The position numbers and the translations under genes are program-made. DNA of 51,964 bases, the filler included, from Sphacelaria rigidula (lineage: Eukaryota): assembly GCA_964200075.2 (NCBI GenBank). It is 4 parts of 4 records of this genome, joined end to end, with 100 filler letters (N's around TTAATTAATTAA, not from the genome) between each part and the next. Parts side by side here need not be neighbours in the genome. Positions count along the whole stretch, not along the records: positions 39,051 to 51,964 come from CAXNAA020003311.1; 3 more parts are not named here. The stretch is one strand, 5' to 3'. The number at the start of each line of letters is the position of its first letter. Position 1 is the stretch's first letter. Of the stretch, positions 38,951-49,700 are shown piece after piece. The notes below the pieces were generated by a model, which was not told the DNA's origin, did not search any database, and saw only the letters and a list, made by a program, of their open reading frames with translations.

Positions 38951-39050
38951 NNNNNNNNNNNNNNNNNNNNNNNNNNNNNNNNNNNNNNNNNNNNTTAATT
39001 AATTAANNNNNNNNNNNNNNNNNNNNNNNNNNNNNNNNNNNNNNNNNNNN
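38951..39050. other. Artificial contig linker
   Basis: N44-TTAATTAATTAA-N44. Confidence 0.98.
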
Positions 39051-39148
39051 ATACTCCAAACACAGTCACCAGGCTATACCCCACCCTTTTCCTTTTTGGG
39101 CCAATTTTTTACGGAGGTTTTCTCTTCTTCTTTTTTCTTCAAAGAAAG

Positions 39149-39178
39149 TGCGTCCGACGGGAATCGAACCAGTGACTA
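39149..39178 (-). other. tRNA-like 3' fragment (T-arm/B-box), possible SINE head remnant
   Basis: Reverse complement ..GGTTCGATTCCCGTCGGACGCA; no 5' half found. Confidence 0.4.
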
Positions 39179-39745
39179 ACTTTTATGACGGTGTAAGAAA
39201 CTTGTTTTGGGCGAAGATTTGAGAATTTGGCGCTAGCTGTCGCTTTGTAACTCGAAGTTGTGCAGGTAGTGTGATTGCATGTTCATGATGGACGATATTT
39301 TTTTGGGATCTCTTGCGAGTTGTTCGGAAGTAGGGCTAGCTTGTATGGAGCTGTTGTCGAAAGCAGCGGAAGAGATTGCTGATCTTGGTGGAAACGACGT
39401 TACTATCAGGCACCAATGATGTCTGGGTTTGGCAAGCTCTGATGTAACTACTTGTTGGCAGTAGAGAGCTTTGGGGGTGCTGTAGACTCTAGCCATCATT
39501 GTTACCTAAGGTTAGGAGCATTTATTTGTAGGTGGAGTTGCGGGTCTGATTGCCGGACTCTGTGATGGTGACTTTCATGACGAGTAGGCCCGATTTTGCC
39601 ACTCTGGTGGGGAGACGCTATATGGTCCTGTTCTCCTGTACTATGCTAAGGGTTATACATAAATAACTAAAGCTGCTGAAGTCCATGTGCCCGTGATTGG
39701 AGGAGTCCACATGGCAATCTGATCTTGAGTGACAGAGATCTATAG

Positions 39746-40848
39746 TACCCCTGAGTAGTATTCTGCATATTCCGTTCTGAGCGATGTTCCCCAAGTACCC
39801 CCACAGCTGTCACGTATCATATCCAAAAGGAGTGTGCCAGCCCTTTCGCTAGGTAGTTCAGACCCCCTTTGGTACCCGGGGAGAGAGTTAATTTCGAAAA
39901 TCCATTCAGTTGTACAGTACCGCATTTTAGGAGGGTTTAGCAGGCGGTAGGCTCGCCAACCCAGTGTCGGGATAGATGGAGCTGTGTCTCTCCCGCACAC
40001 CCCCTCCCACGAAATGCTGAGCACTACTGCACGTAGGTGATGAAGCACATCTTCTGCATATATATATACATATATGTATACATACCTGTTGTGCAAAGGT
40101 ACGAAAATGACGGCGCGTGGGGGGTGGTTGTATGTGCTGGAGGTTTTGCTAGCTAATCTGCCAATGTGCTGCGGGTTGTCGGAAAAAAACGGGTAGCGAC
40201 CAGGCTGCCCGATGCAGCGACGCAGTCCACCTCGACACCAGTTCCTCACTCTGCCAGGAAGAAAGTGACCATACAAGGCGTGATAGCTGGTTCAGACTGG
40301 ATGAAGCACCTCTCATGGGCGCTACTGGCGGAACAACCCCAAGCGTGCGAGTTCCCACAATCTCTCGTTGTGTGTGTGTCTAGTTTTGGTTTTGCTCGTT
40401 TCACCCAGCTGACTGTATCTGTATTTTCTCCCGGAGCTGCCAGGAGCCTAGCAGACGTTGCAGAGGTGCGGTAGCCCACGCTCTTGTCTGCACAGCAGGC
40501 GACTACCTCGCTGCTACATTTTGTCTGCTCTTTACTTCGAAAATATGCATGTACGCAAACGGACAGCACTGTACTTGCGTCGGCGGCAGTTGCGCGACGG
40601 GCACATCGCCTTGCTACGTGTCGTGTAGCGCGTAGGGCACGTTCTGCTCAAAAGATGCCGCACAATGACGACGGTTATTTTGTTGGACTGCTCATCATGC
40701 TTGGGCTGCCGTACAGAAACTTCTGGGCTAGGGCTACATGGTCGAAACCGCTTGCGAATCCCGAGCCTGCTGGACGAAACAAATGAAATTTCGACGGCGA
40801 CTCCAACCTCATTCAAATGCTGAACCTCAAACACGGATCCAGGCTGTT
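39746..40848. repeat. Left arm of a long diverged inverted repeat (with ~270-bp insertion at ~39895-40165)
   Basis: Aligns to the reverse complement of 44134-44982, from TACCCCTGA to ggatccaggctgtta. Confidence 0.8.
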
Positions 40849-40854
40849 AAAGTG

Positions 40855-41205
40855 TACTCAATACCCAGTATTTTTGACGAGTCATACTTCTAGTACTCGA
40901 AGTCTGAGCAGAGTCTTTGAGATCATACTCAGTCTACTCGAAATTCAAGTAGAGTATTGAGGTCATACTCAAGTGATACCCTATACCCAAGTATTACTGA
41001 GAGTACTTACTCGATATTTGAGTAGAGTATTTGAGATCGTACTCGATCTACTAAAACTTTGAGTAGAGTATGTGAGGCCGTACTCAACGTACTCACAATT
41101 TGAGTAGAGTGTTTGAGGCGGTACTCGGCCTACTCAAAATTTGAGTTGAATATTGGAGGCCGTACTCAACGTACTCAAAATTTGAGTAGAGTATCTGAGG
41201 CCGGA
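40855..41205. repeat. 41-bp tandem array with palindromic core TACTCAAAATTTGAGTA
   Basis: Unit starts at 40894, 40935, 41008, 41049, 41090, 41131, 41172. Confidence 0.9.
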
Positions 41206-41647
41206 TTCGATATACCGAAAACCTATAACTTCAAGTTCAAGATTCAAGTTTGTACGCAATAACAGTATACTCAAACTCCGGAAGAGGAAATACCGAGGTA
41301 TTCCTAGAGTTGCCCACACACGATGAGTGTTGATTCAAAGTCGAACTTCAGCAAACATTCGGATCAGCACCAAATGGTACAAAACTAGGGTAGAATGAAT
41401 GCTGGGGTATTGTCGAACGGCATTCAGGTTGTACCGTGTAAAGTGGTGGGGGTACTGCAAATCATCAAAATCGTATCGAAGGATTGGCAGTCGAAGTCTT
41501 GTGTATAGCCCATACCCGGGCATCCGGACACGTCACTGGGTGTATGACGCGTTTCACCCGCCTGCAATTAGGGAAAAGGGAAAACAGCTGATGACGAAAG
41601 GTATCATGAGGCAATCGATGATAGCGCCCCAAAACAAAATTCAGGAT

Positions 41648-43852
41648 TCACAATCTGTCGGACTCCTCTTCTGCTGGCTCCATAAACATATCGGGGCCAC
41701 GCTCCACCAAGCGTTCCACCGCCTCATCACGCTCCTCGGACACCTGCCCCCCCGTCTCCTGGAGAGCATCAACCGACAAGCTCACTCTGCGACTGGCCGA
41801 AATCGCAGGCGTCTCGAAACTCGAACCGGGTGACGGCATTTGCGGTTTTAGGGACTCCAACAACCGATCATACGGATCGACTCCGAGTCCCCGAAGCGTC
41901 GGTAAGCCCAACAGAATGACACAATCCGTCCCCGGCATGATCGCAAACGATATCGGGGGTAATTTCGCTGGCCCCCAGGTAGTCCTGAACGCCAACTGTC
42001 AGGAAATCGTACGCTCCGTGGTATTTATACGTTGCCCCGATGCGGTGATGGCCTGCCGCGCCCCGAGCGAGAACGGAATGCGGATTTGCTCACCGGGGAT
42101 TAGACGCCCCAGCATCTCCACAATCAGCACCGACACGCTCGTGAAATGTGCGCCTGAATCCAACACAGCGTTGACCGATATAGCTCCCCACGCCCGTAGA
42201 TTTGGGAGACATGACTCTGCAGGGATATAATTTTCTTGATCCTCGACCGGCACCTGCTCCGCCGACTGATTTTCCGTGATCCCCACTTGGCGCCACGGCT
42301 GCGCGTGCGGCGCAGGCATAGACGCTCCCGCTGGGGTCACCCGCACCGCCGGCGTGTACGAAGCCCCGCCCACAGCACCAAATTTCAGCAGTACCCCGGC
42401 CGACGCAGCAGCGGATCCAAATTTCAGCTGAAAACCGGCCGGCTCCGCAGCAGGCGTCTCGCCTTGCTCTGCTCCCGGCGGCGCCGACACCGAGCCCGAC
42501 ACTGGAGTGGTCGGTCCCACCTGCACCGCCCGTTGCGGAGCAGCAGCCCCTGCGGCTGAGGCGGACCCAGAACCGGACCCCTGCTGACGCCGGTGCCCCT
42601 GCTGCTGCTACTGCTGGGAACTCGACTATACACCTCCACCGCTGGAAGATCCGCCTCCGCCACCACCCCGATTACCGTTTCCTCATTTGTGATTGCGAGG
42701 GCGCGCGGCACTCGTCTGCCCAGACTCCCCCTCGGAAGGCGTCGGGCACTTGCGTGCGATGTGACCTACCTGGCCACACTGAAAGCATGTGATATTGGCG
42801 GCGGCACGGCCTGCGGATTTTGATCCGCGGTTACGTGAGCTCAAAGACTGCGACGACGAAGTGGATGATGTCCCGAATACTTCAATCTTCCGCCATGCCT
42901 GAGCCTCAGCCATCACGGTATCCATAACTAAGTACGGGTCTGACATCCAATTGGTTTTGTGCTTTAATTGCACAAGCACGGCCTGTTTGAATTCCGCCGG
43001 TGCCAGACCCTCCACCATCGCTTTCGTGATCACCGCAGCGGGCCCTGGACGGAATTTCCCATCGGAGGAACGAAAAACCATCTCGTCGTTGAGATTTTCC
43101 GAAAATACGTCTCCAACTTTCCCATGATTGTCTCCACCCTCTCACGCATGGTCTTTCCCTTGTGGTTCATGGCGACAGCCTTCGCCACGGCCGCGGGCGC
43201 CTCGGTTAGCTCTACCTCAGCGCCCGCCGCATGCCCTGCATGTTTCTTGATCGCTGCAGCCAATTGCAACGGCCTTATTGCGTGTTTCTCATGGAATCTT
43301 CTCGCAAAGGCGCGTTGGAGGGGGGTAGGCACGAGTTGTGCCATGGAAACCACTTGATGCCTTACCGCACCCCCCGCATTCGCATGCTCCACCCGCTTCT
43401 TTTATCCCACGCGTTTTGTATAAAGCGAACGAGAAGCACCCTCAGAATACAAATTCCCGTAACTGGGCGACCGCAACTCTTCTCTCAGAACAACTGGGGT
43501 TACAGTCGTCTCCGCTGGCTCTATTGCCGGTACCTCTGTAGCCGACATTTCCGAGCGGACCTGATCGAAGGCTTCTGAACTTTCTCGAACTCCACAGTTC
43601 ACACCTTCCTTCATCGCCGCACCTCACAGCCGTCGGGTCCTATAAACTCCCGCTGCACGCAGCTCCAGCAAGTCTCCAGTCTGGATCAATCACGGACCAG
43701 CCGCCTTTGCAGCTACCTCAGCTTGAACCCTTCTCACGCGTCCGTGAAGCAATATGTCCAAAGCTGTCCAAACTCCTTTCTACTGAATAGTTTCCAGCAG
43801 TCACTAACGATAGCACAACTAGCACGACTAGCACTATCACAAACATCGATAT
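41648..43852 (-). mobile_element. Gypsy-2 internal 5' part (gag with CCHC, protease), truncated before RT
   Basis: CFQCGQVGHIARKC zinc knuckle; AVLDSGA protease; collinear with ~50010-51860. Confidence 0.92.
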
Positions 43853-44106
43853 TGTGACGCCAGCAGGTTGCCAGTACTGCAGCGTCTAATACTGTTGAGG
43901 GACCCCCCAGTCCCACTGGCCTCAGGTTTCAGTTGTTAGCCTTCACAATACATTTTATTATCCTGGAGTGCCACCCAGGCGGCTTCATAAACAACATCAG
44001 GGTATCATCCCTGTGTCCATGTCATTATCCATATCATCACTACAGATCCCAAGTCATCATCCATATTACCACTATATTTTCAACGTGACGGTGTGAGTTC
44101 GTCACA
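43853..44106 (-). repeat. 5' LTR of Gypsy-2 (254 bp)
   Basis: TGTGACG...CGTCACA termini; minus-strand AATAAA; homologous to the LTR at 46527-46786. Confidence 0.88.
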
Positions 44107-44133
44107 GCACACGCAACGAGAGACGAAATACTC

Positions 44134-44982
44134 ATAACAGCCTGGATCCGATTTTGAGGTTCAACATTTGGGAGAGGTTGAAGCGGTCATCGGAATTGTA
44201 TTCATTTTATCAAATAGGCTCGAGGTACGCAAGCAGCTTCGGCCATGGCACTTGTGCCAGAAGCTTTTAAACGGCAGCCCAAGCATGATGAGCAGTTCAA
44301 AAGAAAAACCACCGTCAGGGTGCGGGTTTTTTTTAGAGTACGTGCCTTTAAGCGCTATGGAACACGTGACAAAGAATGCTGAAAACTTACTTCTTTGGGC
44401 TGGTCATCGAGTTTTCGAGCGTCTCTTGTTGAGTATTTGAGAGAGACTTCATACTCTTGCGCCTGCGACCACCGCCGTCGGCGAAACGATCCAATACGGC
44501 AACAGATGCCAGCGATCTTTGAAGCGCAGCATCATTCAGAAGTCTGCTGAGATACACTCTCACCGGAGTACAGCATCACGTCACTTTGATATAATAGATG
44601 CCCCACAAGCATCTGCACAAACACACAACGGGGGTTAGGGTTAGTCCCACGCTTGGGGTTGTTTCGCCAGTAGCGCCCATGAGAGGCGCTTCATCCAGTC
44701 TGAACTAGCTATCACGCCTTGTATGGCCACTTCCGCCGTGGCTCTCTGGAGAACTGGTTTCGGGGCGGGGCTGTCGAAGCATACTGTAGTGCAGCGCGTT
44801 TTTTTTCATTCAAAACCCGCATCAGCGGTAGTTGTAATACCTCTCCTTTCGGTCCCAAAGGGGGTCTGAACTAGCGACGGAAAGTGCTAGCACACTCTTC
44901 CTCAGATATGATTTGTGACAACTGTGGGGGTATTTGGGAAACATCGCTCGGAATGAAACGTGTAGAATAGTATTCAGGGGTA
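44134..44982. repeat. Right arm of the long inverted repeat (partner 39746-40848)
   Basis: Ends TCAGGGGTA; carries ggggttagggttag at 44631-44644. Confidence 0.8.
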
Positions 44983-45129
44983 TCGTAGTACACCTTTCGC
45001 TGTTCAAAATCGAAATCTCCGTACTTGAACGATTTATACCCGTTACAATGGACGACTGATTTCCAAGAAAACCATCCGTTATTTCAGGACTTATCCCCTG
45101 GGCGCTAATCCTAACCCTGAGATCCCCCA

Positions 45130-46526
45130 AAGAACATCGAGGTGCGGAGGGATCTCGGCTCTTCTTATCTGTGGAGCTCACCAATGCGGAGATGGATTTC
45201 TCTCTGCCTCTCTTTTTGGACAGGACCCACCTCTGTGCGCTGCAGAACATGTCGTTGAAAAACAAGGCAATGTTTCCCGTCACCGCTACTGTTCTCTGTC
45301 ACACACATGCCAGCAAGAACGGTGCTGCGGCAGTAACATATCCAATTTGAACTTGGGGAGTGTTATTCATCGTTGATTTTACCCGACACGTGACCATCTG
45401 GGTGCCCGACCACACGAGCGCGCCACACGCCAGTTGGAGGGGGGGTGTATAAGTGATCAAACACTTTTGGAGACCTTCTTGAAATTCGGAGTGAAAAAAG
45501 GATACCTATGGTGGTGACCTAACTGTTGCTAGCGTGGTGCAGAGGGGTGCCTCCATGCTGTAATCTGGAGCACACCCCCGCTGCATGAACCCCGCGGTAC
45601 AGCAGCTTTCCAGAATCATTACAAGCCGGGGCGAGATATGACCCCACGAGGAACAAAAGTGCTCGATGATCAACCACTTGTCGTTGCATTCGACACTCAC
45701 GCGATTAACCGCCGACCGCAAAGATCTTGTGGCTTTCAAGCAACGCTGGCGGCAGTACGGCCGGCAAACCCGATCACAGCTAGCTTTCGTTGCTCTACTG
45801 TACTGACTACCGTCTGCACAGAGGTCACCCATCGTAACAACATGCACCGAATTTCGCAACAACTGTAAAACCTAAACACTTCAATTTTTAAACTACGTCC
45901 CCATGATTTGAAGGACCCTCAAGACCTGAGAAAGGGTGGCTTCTCCGTCCCGCCGCCAGGTATAAAAGAACGACGACCGAGTTTATGCAATCGCATGTAA
46001 CACTGCAGGGGAACAGAGAGTTTTTCCTCTATGAAAATCCGTGTTTTCCAACCTGCAAATCGTTTAATGCGCATTGCTTTCTAATAGAAACGTGAAACTG
46101 TATACTTATCTTCAATTCTGCACCAATTGCCGTATGTCAACCCCAGCGAAGTTTGGTATTGCTGCTCAACAGTATCTTCGCACGTTTGGCCGGACCCTAG
46201 GCGGCGTCTTCCCCTCAGGTCTTGAGAGTCCTTCAAATCATGGGAACGTGGTTGAAAAAATCGAAGTGTTTAGGTTTTACAGTTGTTGCGAAATTCGGTG
46301 TATGTTGTTACGATAGGTAACCTCTGTGCATACTGCAGTCAGTACATTAGAGCAACGAAAGCTAGCTGTGATCGGGTTTGCCGGCCGTACTGCCGCCAGC
46401 ATTGCTTGAAAGCCACAAGATCTTTGCGGTCGGCGGTTGATCGCGTGGGTGTCAAATGCAACGACAAGTGTGTCAAATGCAACGACAAGTGGTTGATCAT
46501 CGGGCACCCTTGTTCTTCGTGGAGTC
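45130..46526. repeat. Foldback element: left arm 45130-45890, spacer ~365 bp, right arm 46255-46526 cut by an LTR
   Basis: 45640-45890 and 46255-46526 are close reverse complements; the right arm has a 21-bp tandem duplication. Confidence 0.87.
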
Positions 46527-46786
46527 TGTGACGCCAGCCAAAAAAAGGACTGGTGGATCACTGCTGTTGAGGGACTCCTCGGTCTTACTGGCCCCAGTTT
46601 CAGTTGTCAGCCTTTACAACATTCTTATTATTCAGGAGTGACATTTCAAGGAACCAGCTTTTCTAGACCCACACGTACCATCTCTGTATCCCCGGTCATG
46701 ACCCAGAACCCTCCAGAATCTTCGTGTCCCCAGTCATTACCCATATCATCACTACCAACTCAACGTAACGGCGTATTTTTGTCACA
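46527..46786 (-). repeat. 3' LTR of Gypsy-3 (260 bp)
   Basis: TGTGAC...GTCACA termini; PPT-like tttgggggtgc just 5' on the minus strand; 75 bp from the integrase stop. Confidence 0.88.
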
Positions 46787-49700
46787 GCACCCCCAAAGCG
46801 TGTTGGACGAAAATCGATCAACAAGCTTGACACATAGAAAACGCCACAACGATGGGTAAGTCACAATTGAATACCAAATTCACTCGAAATGCGAGCAGCA
46901 ACGGCACGAGTCATGTACAATGTTCGCAACTCCTCCGTCAGAAATTCCGGAGCGGCCTCAAAACTGTCCTTGCAAGGCTCCCACGTACGGTCGTCAACTT
47001 CGAAACCAACCCAGTCGACCAACACGATCAACGAATGATCGTCTGCTTCTACCTCTCGGACAATACCAGCCATCTGAAATTGCCCCTGATCGAAAGCATG
47101 CTGGAACACATCCTTAACATCAGCCGTAACACTAAGCTGCGAGTCTGCATAAAAACGCAAACGAGCTATATGGGTGGTCTGAACACGACCCAAAACAATG
47201 TTCTGAATCTCAAACACGTGCGGGTGGTGAGTACCAACCACTCTCCACGGACCAGTCCACATCGCCATCAACTTGAGCGTAACACTCGGGCGACGCACGC
47301 GTGATACAGGACATGGTCGCCTACCTCAAAATTCGGCAGTTCTAACCCGGACGAGGACCCCTCGCGTCTACGCGCACGTTCAGCGGCAAAACGTTCCTGG
47401 ATTTGAACGTGGAAACGTTCTTGCAAGTCCAAGACTCCTTGCAGTGCACGCTTAATTTGAACATCGTCCAGAACATCACATTTCCGTTCCCCCGCCGACG
47501 AAGACGCCAGCACCGAGAAAGATCTCCGAGGAGCACGATCAAACATCACGTGGTACGGCGTACTATCGTACCGACGACGATACGCTATATTAAGCGCCCA
47601 TTGGACCGCGGGCAACACGTCCACCCACTCAGAAATCGCTCTACGCTGCCCGAGAAGAATAAAGCGAAGAGCACGAACTACTTCCTTGACCATGCGTTCG
47701 CATGTGCCGTTAGACCACGGAGAATACGCTACCGCAAACCGGTGATCAACGCGCAAAGCCTTTCGCAACCGGGTCAAGATTGCATTCTTGAAATGCGTGG
47801 CGGTATCATTCACCCATACACGCGGCACCCCCAAAGTTCTGTACCAATTCAGCAAAGATGCAGCAGTCGATTCAGCAGTACACACTGCTACTGGTTCCAG
47901 AGCCACAAAGTTGCTGGAATCATCCATGATTACCAAAATGTATCGAAACCCAGCATCCTCCAACAAACCTTGCGAAGCTAGCGGGCCACTCTCGTCCACG
48001 TACAATGAGTCAGAATGAACGACTTCATTCGGCGAGGTCCCATTGACCGTTTCGCCGAGCGGGCGGGGAACAACATCGCCCGCCCTTGAGTCAGCACAGT
48101 TAAGACACTGGCGGACAAATTCGCGGACATGAGTTTCTACCCCATGCCAGACACAAAACTCTTGCAAGCACACGAGCGTCGCAGCCACACTACCATATCC
48201 GGCGTCGCGCATGTGCGCGTAAATAATCAGACGTACCTGCAACTGCTTGTCAAAACTCGTAATCTACAAAGCGTTCCGGCCATGCACATGCACAGGAAGC
48301 AGACCTTCATTGTCCAAGATAGCAGTACCAACGTCCGACTCAAAAGATGCACATCCACATCTCCGGCCCCAAGGTCTGTTCGTTGCGCTTGGCGGACAAC
48401 AAATTTGGACGGCATCGAGTCATCAGGTTCACACGGACCATACACAGCCACAGCGCGCACAGGCAAAGCCGTAATATTCACCCAACGCGATAGAAAGTCA
48501 CCCCACGCGTTACGGTCACCTGAAGTATGGTAAATCGAGTAGCGATACTGGCCACGAACAGCTGCCAACCCTCCAAACGTTGTGTCAATGCTTTTGACGC
48601 AGACGTAACACACGCTCGCGGGTTGAAAATATACACGATATTTCGGTGACCCGTGAAAATGTGCACACCATCCCACAAAAGATGCTCGAGACGACGAAAA
48701 GTGCTTACGATAGCAAAACCTTCCTCATCAATTGTGGCCCATCGCAACTGCGAACCCTTGAAATTACCACTGAGAAAAGCCAGCGGTTCATGCGTGGTAT
48801 CCTCAACCGGCAGGTGTCGTTGCATTTCAGCTTTAGGCACCTGCGTAACGAAACTACCCCAATGACACTCAGATGCATCCGGAAACATGAGCACCTGACG
48901 ATCAGGACGGGGATGCAACAGCGTCACGGCGTGAGCTACCAGATCCTTCGCTGCCGCCCACGCCTACAACCTGCCCGCCGTCCACGATGCAGGCGGAATA
49001 GCGCGTTTTTTTGCAACCAGCTTCGTCCACCTCGCAGCACCCTCCATGCGTTCTTCGAGGGAAAAACGCAAGGGAGCTACGGTTTCTGCCGTATGCGGCA
49101 ACGAGGTACGCAGCCAATTCGCGGCCTGCAGGAATAACATGCGTTCTGTGGCCGTCTCCGGGTGCCGCATGTCAGACAAGCCTTGCAATCTGACAGAGTC
49201 ATGATATACGCCCCCTTGTGAGTACACTTTCCCACACCACACGAATTCACTAGCGAAGAAAGTGCATTTGTGCGCCGCCGCAAACAAACCAACACTCTCT
49301 AAACGAGCCAAGATAGCATCAAGCGTGTCTAAAAGTTCGTCTTCCGTGTCCGCGAGAAAAACACATCATCCACCTATATCTTGCATTTCAAGTCGACAAG
49401 TAGTCCTGTCATGATGCCTTGAAAATATGCCGTGGCATTCAACACGCCTTGCGGCACTCGCTTCGGGGTGAACAAGTCTAACGGGGTCATGATTGTGAAA
49501 ATCTCCTCCGCCTCCTCCGCCAACGGTATCTGCCAATAACCTTGGAGGAGATCCAATTTGCCAAAAATACGAGCACTCAAGAGATCACGCATGTCCGACT
49601 CTTGATTGGGCATCACACCCGGCGACTTCTCAACCTGATAATTTACGGCCTTGTAGTCGCCTTCCAGGCGAAACGAGTCTTTCTTGGGAACCGCCATCGT

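Noticed and set aside
40855..41205. CRISPR-like array
   Set aside because: Whole 41-bp units repeat without unique spacers; no cas genes; eukaryotic context.
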